The position numbers and the translations under genes were made by a program. The notes beneath the pieces were generated by a model, which saw only the letters and a program-made list of their open reading frames with translations, searched no databases and was not told the DNA's origin. Positions 36,135 to 48,729 of a stretch of DNA of 64,000 nucleotides are shown here, piece by piece (positions within the stretch are counted from its first letter, which is position 1; the number at the start of each line of letters is the position of its first letter). The stretch lies in contig CM075977.1 of the NCBI GenBank assembly GCA_038087875.1, positions 17,112,001 to 17,176,000 of the forward strand, written 5' to 3'. This stretch comes from Malacoraja senta (lineage: Eukaryota).

Positions 36135-37214
36135 GAAGCCTGCTGGATATTTATATTTGATAATGAAGTGTCCAGTGAGAATATTGAACTGAAGAAACTT
36201 AGTATTAGTCAACAAATTGTTTTTTAGGTACAAGGCTGAATATTCCCAGGACCCTGCAATAGACATCACAGAGTTTTGAAACTGATGGTTTCAAATCAAT
36301 GGATGCTCAGGTTATTACTATACATGTTTCCGTCGATTGCATAATTATTTGTGTGGATTGGAGATTAGCAATCAGGAGGATAAATAATGGGAGCATTGAT
36401 TACATGTGGATTTGATCACTGAAGTAAGAAGGTCTTGTTGAGATTGTATTCAATGTTAATGATGGGTTGCTGCATGGAGAGATACTGAGGAGACTGGCAT
36501 TGTATTCTTTCAAATTTAGAAAGTTGAAAAGGATTAAAAGGATAAAATTCCTATAGGGCTTATCCAGCTCGACACAGGGGAATGCATTCTGGACACTCGA
36601 GGACCAATGGAATAGGCCATTTTAGACTGAAATTAGGAGAATGTTTGGACCATTTGAATTATCTACTTGGAGGCTCTGTTCATTTAGGGCAGAGATCGCA
36701 AGATCTCTGAGCTTGATGGGAATATGTGGTGATAGTGTTGTAAGTAGATCAGTCATCATCATTTGAATGGTGGAGCAGGCTTGAAAGACTATATTTCTTG
36801 CAATGTTCTTGTAATGAACCCTGCGAATTAATTCGGTAAATATATTACTTCTTGGGCAAGTGGATGTAGGAGAATTGCTTCGCAAAGATGCTCTATCGAT
36901 AGGGTCTCTTAAAAAGAACCCTGCTCCCTCCTCTGTCTTTTAATTGTCTGCTTTTTGATACTTTTTGACAAGGTCCTTGGGTTCTGCCCTCGTATGGGTC
37001 CACATCCCTCCAGAGGTTTAGAGGGATATAGGTCAGCGCAGGGAAGTGAGACTAACACCAATTGAAAATCAAAATACTGCAGATGCAGGAAATCTGAAAT
37101 ATAAGCAGAAAATGCTGCAAACAATCAACAGGTTGGCCAGCATCTGCATCTTGTTGCACACTGTCCCTCTAAGTGTTTCCTGCATTTTCTGCCCTTATAT
37201 CTGGAACAACAATA

Positions 37215-37750
37215 GTCATAATTCATACAGTGTGGGAACAGGCCCTTCAGCCCAACTTGCCCACGTCAACCAACATATCCCACCTATACTAGTCCCATCT
37301 GCCTGCATTTTGCCCATATCTTTCTAAATCTATCTTATCCATTTACATGTTCAAATGTCTTTTAAGCGCTGTGATAGCACCTGCCTCAACTACCTCCACT
37401 GGCAGATCGTTCTACTATACCCACTACCCCTTGCGCATAGAAGTTTCCCCTCAAGTTCCCATTAAATCTTTCCCCCATCACCTTAAACCTATGTCCTCTG
37501 GTTCTTGATTCCCCTACCCTGAGCAAAAGACTGTGCATTTAGCCTATCTACTCCTCTCATGATCTGATACACATCCATAAGATCCACCCCTCATCCTCCT
37601 GCACTACAAGGAATACATTCCTAGCCTGCTCAACCTCTCGCTATAGCTCAGGCCCTCGAGGCCTGGCAAAATGTTTGTAAATCTTCTCTGCACCCTTTCC
37701 AGCTTAACAACATCATATATAGAAGGGTGAACAAAATGAAATACAATCCT
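37215..37750 (-). mobile_element. CR1 (HER1-like) 3' fragment
   Basis: Reverse complement resembles 56.6-56.96 kb and 46.2-46.6 kb (aacaggccctt...ctagtccca...ctatgtcctctggttcttgattcccct). Confidence 0.75.
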
Positions 37751-38019
37751 CTATACAAAAAACAAACTCCAGGAAATCTTCCTCACAAACTCCACTTTTG
37801 ATCAATAGCAAACATTGATTTGATGATCCGTTTAACGAGAGATGATAGGTTGTGGGGTTGGGAAGATGTTTTGCTGCTGCTGTTCACTGGGGTTTTTGTG
37901 GATGCTTAAGTCCTGAAAAGCGCTATATAAATAAAATCTATTATTATTATTATTAACAAAGAACATGAGCTGAATTTTTTTGCAGTTCAATTGAACAGTG
38001 TTAGCCTTAAAGTATTTGT

Positions 38020-38505
38020 GTAGCTTGGGTATGAACATTGATTTATCCAGTTTTAGGCAACAACCTCCCTCCTTCCCCCCTCCCCCCCACCCTCTCTGTT
38101 CTGTGACCCCCACACCCCAACCCTGCCCCTCCCCCATTTCTCCCACTCACCTCCCTCCCACCCCTACCCTTTCAACCTATATATTTCCCTCTGGCTTTAC
38201 ATTTTCCTTCCCTTTGACTTCCCCTTATCTGATAACATTTTGCTTCTTTATCACCTTTTTGTCTGAATTTGTCCCCTTTTATCTCCTTTTCATCTCCAGC
38301 ATTTGTCCACCCATGTGCTGATCAATCCCCCCTCCCCCTCTGTATCCACCTATCACTTTCCAGGCTTTGTCCTGCCTGAACTTCTATTCCAGCTTTCTCT
38401 CCACTCTACAATCAGTCTCAAGAAGAGTCCCGATCCAAAACATCGTCTCTCCATGTCCTCCAGAGATGCTGTCTGACCGGTTGAGTTACTCCAGCATTTG
38501 GTGTT
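38020..38505 (+). mobile_element. Penelope 3' end remnant
   Basis: ggtatgaacattgatttatccagttttagg, a C-rich 3' UTR and a degenerate cagtctcaagaag...gagttactccagca terminus. Confidence 0.65.
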
Positions 38506-39569
38506 CTAAGCATTAAAGCATTGTTACCCCAGGACTGACATAACTCTCTTTCAAATTTGTATACTTCTGGCATAGTTCCAACCCATTTTTTTAACACTCT
38601 AGTTGAACTCATTTTACCTGTAGAGCTCTTATTTCTTAATGGTGTGGATCGATCCAGAATTATGAAGCATTTCATCAGACGTAATCCATAGATCATCAAT
38701 TGTTTATTTTCCAGATCAAATTTAGCCAACTGAAAAATCTATGCAACTACCTGTATTTAAGTTTAGGACCAAAGATTCAAACCAATGTTTGCTACCCTCA
38801 GAGTGAAAGGGAAATTTGGTTGTGTTATGGTCACTCTTCCCCAGAGGATATTTTTCCAGGAGATGGCTAATTAAGCCTATCTCATGAAATATGACCTGAT
38901 CTCTGTGCCCCAGTTGGGCCCACACTGTTCTGAAAATGTATTGAATGCATTTCATGAAGTTGTCTTCAAGATTATCTTTATCTATTTGATTAATCCAGTC
39001 TCTATGGAGATTATTACATTACCTTTTGTACAAACTCCCATTACTTCTTGATTAATGTTCTGTCATTGGTATGCCTACTGCTAGAAGGATATTAGATTGC
39101 TCCCACCAGTGATTTCTTTGCTATTTCTTATCTCCGCCAAACTGATTCGACTTCCTGATCTCCAGAGCCAGGATCATTTCTCACTACCGTCCTAATGTCA
39201 TCCTTTATTATCAGAGCTCCATCGTCTCCTTTCCATTCTGCCTATCCTTCAAAAATGTCAATCAGCCTGGAATATTCTGTCCCCAACCTCGATTGATTTA
39301 AAACCTCTGTAATGGCTATTATATCTTAATTTGTACAATGTATATACTCAATTTGCAAAGTATGAATCATGACTTTAGAAAAAGAGCCTTTAATTTTGAT
39401 TTTATTTGTAAACCATAAATCCATTTTGTGACCCTGTTTACTGTGACATTCATAACATTGTATCCTCTGTCTCCTCATTTCAAATGCTGGTTATGATTAC
39501 AATTTCCAGGATGAGTGAAGTTCAGGAACAGGCAACAAGAGTTGCTAAGAGTCCATTTTGTTGGTCTGA

Positions 39570-39845
39570 TCCCTCTCCCTTCCTAGTTCTCCAACCAGTC
39601 TGACTGTCCCCCTAATTAACTTATCTCTATATGCTTTGGTGTCACCTTCTAGTTAACAATTATCTATTCTACATTTTCCTTGTCTTAATCCCCTTTGATA
39701 TCTCACCTTACACTTCCTTATCTCTGTCTCCATCTCCCCTGACTCTCAGTCTGAGGAAGGGTCTCGAACCGAAACCTCACCCATTCCTTCTATCCAGAGA
39801 TGCTGCCTGTTCTGCTGAGTTACTCCAGCATGTTGTGTCTATCTT
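39570..39845 (+). mobile_element. Penelope 3' end remnant with degenerate hammerhead (39751-39778)
   Basis: cccttccctagttctcc...cagtctgaggaagggtctcgaaccgaaacc... Confidence 0.65.
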
Positions 39846-39931
39846 ATAGGCAATAGGTGCAGGAGTAGACCATTCGGCCCTTTGAGCCAGCACAATGGAA
39901 AAACTTTGTTTGCGTGCTATCCAGTCCAATC

Positions 39932-40340
39932 ATAGAAACATAGAAACATAGAAATTAGGTGCAGGAGTAGGCCATTCGGCCCTTCGAGCCTGCACCGCCA
40001 TTCAATATGATCATGGCTGATCATCCAACTCAGTATCCCGTACCTGCCTTCTCTCCATACCCTCTGATCCCTTTAGCCACAAGGGCCACATCTAGCTCCC
40101 TCTTAAATATAACCAATGAACTGGCCTCGACTACCCTCTGTGGCAGAGAGTTCCAGAGATTCACCACTCTCTGTGTGAAAAAAGTTCTTCTCATCTCGGT
40201 TTTAAAGGATTTCCCCCTTATCCTTAAGCTGTGACCCCTTGTCCTGGACTTCCCCAACATCGGGAGCAATCTTCCTGCATCTAGCCTGTCCAACCCCTTA
40301 AGAATTTTGTAAGTTTCTATAAGTTTTTGTAAGTTTCTAT
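39932..40340 (-). mobile_element. CR1 LINE 3' fragment
   Basis: DRLDAGRLLPMLGKSRTRGHSL...EKAGTGY; near-identical to 42.1-42.5 kb. Confidence 0.92.
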
Positions 40341-40424
40341 AATCATACTTTAAATGTAGAGTACAATCGACCCATATGCAGGCAGTGCAAAGAGAAAAAT
40401 ACCAGAATGCGGAATATTGTGTTA

Positions 40425-40520
40425 TATTATTATAGATCTACAGTTAAAGAGAAGTATTATTATAGATCTACAGTTAAAGAGAAGTATTTTAGATCTACAG
40501 TTAAAGAGAAGTTAAAGAGA
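40425..40520. repeat. Short tandem repeat (tattattatagatctacagttaaagagaag, about 3 copies)
   Basis: Directly visible. Confidence 0.85.
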
Positions 40521-42124
40521 TTAAAAAATGCAAGGGCTGCTATGAGGTAATAATAATAATAATAATACATTTTATTTATATAGCGCTTTTCAGGACTCAA
40601 AGTCGCTTTACATGGAGAGTCAAGAATAAACAAAACAAAATAGAGCAGTAAGACAGAGATGCAAAGGGGAGGGGAACATGGGACTAAGGGTATGCAGAGG
40701 TGAAGAGATGGGTCTTGAGGCGGGACTGGAAGATGGTGAGGGACTCAGAATTTCGGATCAGTTGTGGGAGGGAATTCCAAAGCCTGGGAGCTGCCCTGGA
40801 GAAGGCTCTGCCTCCAAAAGTGCAGAGGTTTGATTTCGGAGTGGAGAGGAGACCAGCTGATATGGATCTGAGGGACCGTGAGGGTTGGTAGCGGGAGAGG
40901 AGGTCAGTGAGATAAGGGGGGGCCAAGTGGTTGAGGGCTTTGTAGGTGAGGACCAGGATTTTGTAGATGATCCGGTGGGAAATGGGAAGCCAGTGGAGTT
41001 CTTCGAGAACTGGGGTGATGTGGTGCCAGGATTTGGTGTGGGTAATGAGTCGGGCGGCTGCATTCTGGACCAGTTGGAGTCGGTTGATGTTGCTGGAATT
41101 GATGCCAAAGAGAAGAGAGTTACAGTAGTCCAGTCGGGAGGAGATGAAGGCATGGATGAGTCTTTCAGCAGCGGGGGGTGTGAGAGAGGATCTGATTTTG
41201 GCAATGTTGCGGAGGTGAAAAAATGATGTTTTGACAACATGGCGGATGTGAGGCTCAAGGGAGAGGGTTGAGTCAAAGATCACGCCAAGGTTGCGGGCCT
41301 GAGGAGATGGGGAGACAGTGGTGCCGTCAATAGTGAGAGTGGGGTTGTTAATTTTAGTGAGTGTTGATTTGGAGCCAATGAGGACAAATTCTGTTTTGCT
41401 ACTGTTTAATTTAAGGAAGTTGAGTTGCATCCAAGATTTGATGGCTGATAGGCAGGAGTTGATATGGGAGAGAGGGGGGTGGTGGGGGGACTTGGTGCTG
41501 AGATAGATCTGGGTGCCATCAGCATAGCAGTGGAAGTCCAGGTTGAAGTGACGGAGTATATGACCAAGGGGGAGGATGTAGATGATGAAGAGGAGGGGAC
41601 CAAGAACGGAGCCTTGGGGAACGCCTTGAGTGACAGTGGCTGTGGCAGAGGTGTGGTTATGGAGAGAGATGAAGTGGGATCGGTTGGAAAGGTAGGAACG
41701 GAGCCAGCTGAGTGCAGAACCTTCAATGCCAAGGTCCCTAAGTCTGGTGAGCAGGATGTTGTGGTTGACGGTATCGAAGGCTGCACTCAGGTCGAGGAGG
41801 ATGAGGATATTGAGGGAGCCAGTGTCAGCAGAGGTAAGGAGGTCATTGAGGACTTTGAGGAGAGCGGTTTCTGTGCTATGGAGGGGGCGAAAGCCAGATT
41901 GGAGGGGTTCGAATAGGTTATACGCGAGGAGGTGGGAATGAAGTTGTGACGCGACGATACGCTCCAGGGTTTTTGAAAGAAAGGGGAGATTTGAGATAGG
42001 GCGGTAGTTAATGAGAGAGGAGGGATCAAGACCAGGTTTCTTTAAGATTGGCGTGACAGCAGCAGTTTTGAAAGCAGATGGGACAATTCCTTGGGACAAT
42101 GAGGAGTTGAATAGATTAGTGAGG

Positions 42125-43468
42125 TAGAAACATAGAAACATAGAAATTAGGTGCAGGAGTAGGCCATTCGGCCCTTCGAGCCTGCACCGCCATTCAATAT
42201 GATCATGGCTGATCATCCAACTCAGTATCCCGTACCTGCCTTCTCTCCATACCCCCTGATCCCTTTAGCCACAAGGGCCACATCTAACTCCCTCTTAAAT
42301 ATAGCCAATGAACTGGCCTCGACTACCCTCTGTGGCAGAGAGTTCCAGAGATTCACCACTCTCTGTGTGAAAAAAGTTCTTCTCATCTCGGTTTTAATGG
42401 ATTTCCCCCTTATCCTTAAGCTGTGACCCCTTGTCCTGGACTTCCCAAACATCGGGAACAATCTTCCTGCATCTAGCCTGTCCAACCCCTTAAGAATTTT
42501 GTAAGTTTCTATAAGATCCCCTCTCAATCTCCTAAATTCTAGAGAGTATAAACCAAGTCTATCCAGTCTTTCTTCATAAGACAGTCCTGACATCCCAGGA
42601 ATCAGTCTGGTGAACCTTCTCTGCACTCCCTCTATGGCAATAATGTCCTTCCTCAGATTTGGAGACCAAAACTGTACGCAATACTCCAGGTGTGGTCTCA
42701 CCAAGACCCTGTACAACTGCAGTAGATCCTCCCTGCTCCTATACTCAAATCCTTTTGCTATGAAAGCTAACATACCATTCGCTTTCTTCACTGCCTGCTG
42801 CACCTGCATGCATACTTTCAATGACTGGTGTACCATGACACCCAGGTCTCGCTGCATCTCCCCTTTTCCTAGTCGGCCACCATTTAGATAATAGTCTGCT
42901 TTCCTGTTTTTGCCACCAAAATGGATAACCTCACATTTATCCACATTATACTGCATCTGCCAAATATTTGCCCACTCACCCAGCCTATCCAAGTCACCTT
43001 GCAGTCTCCTAGCATCCTCCTCACAGCTAACACTGCCCCCCCAGCTTAGTGTCATCCGCAAACTTGGAGATATTGCCTTCAATTCCCTCATCCAGCTCAT
43101 TAATATATATTGTAAATAGCTGGGGTCCCAGCACTGAGCCTTGCGGTACCCCACTAGTCACTGCCTGCCATTGTGAAAAGGACCCGTTTACTCCTACTCT
43201 TTGCTTCCTGTTTGCCAGCCAGTTCTCTATCCACATCAGTACTGAACCCCCAATGCCATGTGCTTTAAGTTTGTATACTAATCTCTTATGTGGGACCTTG
43301 TCGAAAGCCTTCTGGAAGTCCAGATACACCACATCCACTGGTTCTCCCCTATCCATGCTACTAGTTACATCCTCGAAAAAGTCTATAAGATTCGTCAGAC
43401 ATGATTTACCTTACGTAAATCCATGCTGACTTTGTCCAATGATTTCACCACTTTACAAATGTGCTGCT
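42125..43468 (-). mobile_element. CR1 LINE, 5'-truncated, inside L2
   Basis: ORFs 43027-43356 and 42222-43154 (RT, KFADD; frameshift in the G-run); tagaaaca tail. Confidence 0.93.
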
Positions 43469-44519
43469 TCAGGTGAGATGTGGGTTGAATCCAGGGGGAG
43501 AGTGGTGGAGAGCAGGTCAGAGAGATGGTGAGGGTCGATGGATTTTAGATTACGGAAGGTGATTTCTCGGAGGAAGCGGGGGCGAGGTGTCGGAGAAGAG
43601 ATGGTGAACCGTATAAGCTTATGATCAGAGAGGGGGAAGAGGCATGGGTGGAGGTCGAGTACCGGTTGATTTGTGGAGCAGACCAGGTCAAGGATGTGAT
43701 CTTTGTCATGAGTGGGAAAGGTGACGTGCTGAGTGAGAGAGAAGTTGTCAAGTTGAAAAGCGAATTCAGATGCGAACTTGCAGGTGGGGGAGTCCATATG
43801 AATGCTTAAGTCACCAAGTAGCAGCAGACGTGGGGAGAGAGATGAGACATGTGTGAGGAATTCAGTGAAGTCAGATAGGAAGGAGGGGTTTGGTTTAGGT
43901 GGCCGGTAAATGAGGATGACTGTCATGGAGGAAAGGGCTTTGAAGGCAAGGAATTCAAATGAAGCTACTGGGGGGAGGGGGAGTTCAGCGATCGGAAAGT
44001 TCTGGTTGAAAATAACAGCGAGGCCGCCTCCATGGCGGGAGGGGCGGGGTTTGGAAATATAATTAAATCCAGATGGGGGTGCTTGGTTGAGGGAGAAGAA
44101 GACATTGGGTTGTTGCCAGGTTTCAGTGAGCAGAAGGAAGTCAAGAGTGTTGTCAAGGATTAGTTCATGGAGGGCAAGGGCATTGTTGTTGAGTGACCGG
44201 GTGTTGAGGAGGGCAAAGTTGGCATTGTGAGAGGGTGGAGGGATGGGGCAGGCTGGAGAGATCTGAGGTTGTCCCAGTTGACAGTGCATGTGGTCAGCTG
44301 GGATGGGGGGTGACACGGTTGAGGGGGGGCAGAGCGTGGTAGTGAGCAGATGGATGGAATGGAATGTCCATGGCCGAAGCAAACAAGCTTGCGTCGAGAG
44401 CCTCTGTGGATGTAACGGGGTCGACGCAGAAGTCCAAACTGTTTAATGATTGGGATGCAGGATGGGGTGTGATTGTTGAAGAGACCAGTCAGCCGCAGAG
44501 CCGAGTATTTGAGCATGAT

Positions 44520-45090
44520 GAGGAGCCCAAGCAACTGCAGGAAGCAGCAGAGAGGTTGTCCAGCGGTGAGGGTGCAGAGAGGTGTCCAGCAGAGAAGTCG
44601 AAGAGAGGTGTCCAGCAGCGATGGGTGTCTGGCAGCGAGGGCGCAGAGAGAACGTCCAGCGGTGCAGGTGCAGAGAGGCATCCAGCGGTGCAGGTGGAGA
44701 GAGAAGCCAGCGATGGGTGAGCAGAGAGGCCGTCCAGTAGAGCGGGTGCAGCGAGGTGTCCAGCAGTGAGGGAGCAAAGAGACCGTCCAGCAGTGCAGGT
44801 GCAGCGAGGCGACGAGCAGTGCAGGTGCAGAGAGGCCGTCCAGCGGTGCAGGTGGAGAGAGGCGTCCAGCGGTGCAGGTGGAGAGAGAAGCCAGCGGTGG
44901 GTGAGCAGAGAGGCCGTCCAGTAGAGCTGGTGCAGCGAGGCGTCGAGCGGTGCAGGTGCAGAGAGGCCGTCCAGCAGCGCAGGTGCAGAGAGGCTGTCCA
45001 GGTTGGGGGTGCAGAGAGATCCAGCTGGTGCAGCATTGCTGGTGCAGGGAGGTGTCCAGGGAGGTGTCCAGCGTCGATGGTGCACAGACA
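44520..45090. repeat. GC-rich minisatellite (~27-bp unit ccagcggtgcaggtgcagagaggccgt) in the L2 5' region
   Basis: About 20 degenerate units; the overlapping ORFs here are repetitive artefacts. Confidence 0.85.
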
Positions 45091-45574
45091 GGTAAGAGGT
45101 TACAAAAGAGGGGGGGGGGGGGAATGTCGGGCGGAGAAGCGGCGAACAGTCAACGCCAGCGTCCTCTCCGGGCAGCGTGCAGGGTTCTAGCGGCTGGCGG
45201 TGTAGGCCGCAGGGCGATTGATTCCACGGTTAGAAACGGCCAAACGCCAGAGACCACCGCAAGCGCCGGAGACCACCGCAACCTACAGTGGTCCCTCGTC
45301 GAGTGGTGGGTCGTGGCTTCGTCGGAGGTCGAATTTACCGCAGTCGGCAAACTCGCTATAGGGAGTCGTCAATTCGACTCCGCTCCACTGCCGCCATTTT
45401 CCCGAGGTAGGTTAAGAGATCAAGACTACACCCTTAGCCTATGAGAGGATTCTTCCATAGACTGTTATCAGCAGGCAAGAAGCTGTTCTGGAATTTTGTG
45501 GTGCATACCTATAAGCTTTTCGACATTCTGCCTGATGAGAGAGTGGAGAAGAGGGAATGACCTGGGTGTTTGAT

Positions 45575-45825
45575 TGTTTTACTTTAGAGATACAGCATGG
45601 AAACAGGCCCATCGGCCCAACAAGACCATGCTGACCATTGATCACCAATTACACTACTTCTATGTTAACCTACTTCTTCATCCACTCACTACATATTAGA
45701 GGGGGTTTTTCAGAGGCCAAATAGCCTACAAACTCGCACGTCTTTGGGATATGGGGGGAAACCGGACCACATACAGAAAACCCATGCAGTCATATGGGAA
45801 ATGCAAAATCCTTACTTACACCAAG
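45575..45825 (-). mobile_element. V-SINE, partial
   Basis: tagagatacagcatggaaacaggccc...cgtctttgggatatggggggaaaccgga. Confidence 0.7.
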
Positions 45826-45829
45826 CCTT

Positions 45830-46215
45830 GCCACTGTGTCGCCCAATCTTTGCCATTTTGTACATGAAGTATAGATGGAGTCGATGGGAGAGAGGGGTAG
45901 GAGGTTGATTTGTGTGATAGACTGGATATCCACAACTCTTTGCAATTTCCTATGGTCTTGGGCAGAACCATTGTCAAACCAGGTTGTGATGCAACCCGAC
46001 AAGATGCTTTCTACATTGCATCTGTGGAAGTTAGTAAAAGTTTTGGAGACATGCCACACCTCCTTCACCTCCTTAGTCATTTGAAGAAATTGAGGTTTGG
46101 TGTTTTCTTGGCCACAGATTCGATGAGGTTAGTCTAAGACAAACTGTTAATGATATTTATGCCCTGAAACTTGAAGCTCGCGACCATCTCTAATTTAGCA
46201 CCATTAATGCTGATT
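45830..46215 (-). mobile_element. Rex1/RTE-like LINE RT C-terminal remnant
   Basis: NFHRCNVESILSGCITTWFDN...KLQRVV. Confidence 0.7.
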
Positions 46216-46217
46216 AT

Positions 46218-46625
46218 AGAGTCATAGAGTGATACAGTGTGGAAACAGGCCCTTTGGCTCAACTTGCCCATTCCGACCAAAATGTCCCATCTACACTAAT
46301 CCCACCTTCCAGTGTTAGGCCCATATCCCTCCAAAACTAGGCTATCCATGTATGTGTCGTAATGTTCCTTAAACATTGTGATAGTACCTGTCTTAACTAC
46401 CTCCTCTGGCAGCTTGTTCCATGCACCCACCCTTTGTGTAAAGAAGTTACCCCACAGGTTCCAATGAAACCTTTCCTCCCCCTCACCTTAAGTCTATGTC
46501 CTCTGGTTCATGATTCCCCTCGTCTGGACAAGAGACTCTGTGTGTTTACCTGATCTGTTCCTCCCATGATTTTGAACACCTCTATATGATCACCCGCCAT
46601 CCTCTTTCGCTCCAAAGAATAGAGG
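46218..46625 (-). mobile_element. CR1 (HER1-like) 3' fragment
   Basis: tagagtcatagagtgatacagtgtggaaacaggcc tail; reverse complement of the 56.6-56.96 kb family. Confidence 0.8.
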
Positions 46626-46902
46626 ATCTATTGTACTCATGTACGGTATGATTTGACTGGTTTGCATGCAGAACAATCAAATCACTATATCTCTCTGCAA
46701 GAGACTAAATAAAAAATCAACCCAAACCAACTGCAATTTTTGGTTAGCCATTTTCCCTGCAGTGCATTCTCTTATCCACACATGTTGCCAGAACCATGCA
46801 ACTGTTGGGTTAAAGCAAAGGCTGTTTGGAGGAGCAGAGACTCCAGCAGCAGGATGTCCACTAACATCTTCACTCCCTGATGTACAACAATATTTGAATC
46901 TC

Positions 46903-46996
46903 AGATGGACACAAAATGCTGGAGTAACTCAGGGACAGGCAGTATCTCAGGAGAGAAGGAATGGGTGGCGTTTCGGGTCGAGACCCTTCTTCAGAC
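46903..46996 (-). repeat. Single-arm Penelope-derived repeat with hammerhead-like core (46967-46994)
   Basis: Minus strand CTGAAGA-a-GGGT-ctcg-ACCC-GAAA-C-GCC. Confidence 0.7.
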
Positions 46997-47664
46997 AATG
47001 AATCTCAGACCACTCTGAACCGAAGTCACGTGTTTCACATGATTTATCGGGATCTCTCGTGTTTCCAGAACCTCCCTCATTTTCAACTACAGTACATCTT
47101 CTGCTACATTATGCCCATATTTACGTGGATAATATGTCTTCTTGAGTTTTGAAATGTTATTCTGGAAAAAATATGATTTTGAATCACTGATAATCTGTTA
47201 TAAATGATTAAATTTTGAGTTACACTTGCAGCTCCTCACTGCAACTTAGATCACATCCCTTATTTTCTTATAATTTAAGTCTATTTATTTATATTCACAC
47301 ATCATTTCCTCCGCCAACTGCTATGAAATCCCATATTCATCAAGTTGCTGATATTTGCATTCAGCGGTAGTTGTACTCAAATCAAGATATACTATTCTGG
47401 CTCCACTGATATTTCAGGTTTTTACCATGGTACTGACTGGGGTGATAGATTGCATCCAAAATGCATTGAAGGCCCCGACCAAATAACTTGGAATTTCAAT
47501 GAACCACAATGAATGTCATGCCCTTAATGTTATAAATAGGTCCAAACTGCCAGATGGCAGTCACTGTTGTAGCCTCTTTTCAGGTTGGATGGTGGTTATT
47601 CATTCGTCTGGTGACCTTCTGACTACCGACTCGCTGAGGAACAATGTCTTCTACACCTCTACAT

Positions 47665-48725
47665 GCACAGTGGTGCCGCAGTAGAGTTGCTACCTTACAG
47701 CACCAGAGACCCAGTTTCGATCCTGGGTATGGGTGCTGTCTGTACGGAGTCTATACGTTCTCCTTGTGACCGTATGGGTATTCTCAGGGTGCTTCAGTTT
47801 CCACCTACACTCCAAAGACATACAGGTTTGTAGGTTGAAGATAGACACAAAATGCTGGAGTAACTCAGCGGGACAGGCAGCAGCTCTGGAGAGAAGGAAT
47901 TGGTGACGTTTTGGGTTGAGATCCTTCTTCAAATCTGAGGAAAGACATTCTTGCCATAGAGGGAGTACAGAGAAGGTTCACCAGATTGATTCCTGGGATG
48001 TCAGGACTTTCATATGAAGAAAGACTGGATAGACTCGGCTTGTACTCGCTAGAATTTAGAAGATTGAGGGGGGATCTTATAGAAACTTACAAAATTCTTA
48101 AGGGGTTGGACAGGCTAGATGCAGGAAGATTGTTCCCGATGTTGGGGAAGTCCAGGACAAGGGGTCACAGTTTAAGGATTAAGGGGAAATCCTTTAGGAC
48201 CGAGATGAGAAAAACATTTTTCACACAGAGAGTGGTGAATCTCTGGAACTCTCTGCCACAGAAGGTAGTTGAGGCCAGTTCATTGGCTATATTTAAGAGG
48301 GAGTTAGATGTGGCCCTTGTGGCTAAAGGGATCAGGGGGTATGGAGAGAAGGCAGATACAGGATACTGAGTTGGATGATCAGCCATGATCATATTGAATG
48401 GCGGTGCAGGCTCGAAGGGCCGAATGGCCTACTCTTGCACCTATTTTCTATGTTTCTATGTTTCAGACTGACCAGTCTCGACCTGAAACGTCACCCATTC
48501 CTTATCTCCAGAGATGCTGCCTGTCCTGCTGAGTTACTCCAGCATTTTGTGTCTAATTTCAGTTTAAACCAGCATCTGCAGTTCCTACAGGTTTGTACGT
48601 TAATTGGCTTTGGTAACCATTGTACAAACTTGTCCCCAGTATATAGGATAGTGTTAGTGTATGGGGTGATCGCTGGTCGGCGCTGACTTGGTGGGCTGAA
48701 AGGCCTGTTTCTGCTCTGTACATTA
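47665..48725 (+). mobile_element. V-SINE containing a Penelope-derived palindrome (47840-48587), which contains a CR1 3' fragment (47932-48461)
   Basis: SINE head gcacagtggtgccgcagtagag...gtttcgatcc; tacaggtttgta repeated around the insert; SINE tail resumes ~48588; CR1 ORF 47986-48369. Confidence 0.85.
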
Positions 48726-48729
48726 CGAT

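Larger units (their letters stand above)
40548..45170 (-). mobile_element. L2-clade LINE (APE and RT) with (TAA)n tail and tandem-repeat 5' region, interrupted by a CR1
   Basis: APE: LLNTRSL, LLTETW, IYRPP, LGDL, HILDLV, SDH (43469-44382). RT: [53 protein letters not shown] (40684-42124). taataa tail at 40548-40567. Confidence 0.92.

Noticed and set aside
44160-45444. Long repetitive ORFs on both strands, or a CRISPR-like array
   Set aside because: Degenerate minisatellite without unique spacers, in a eukaryotic LINE context.
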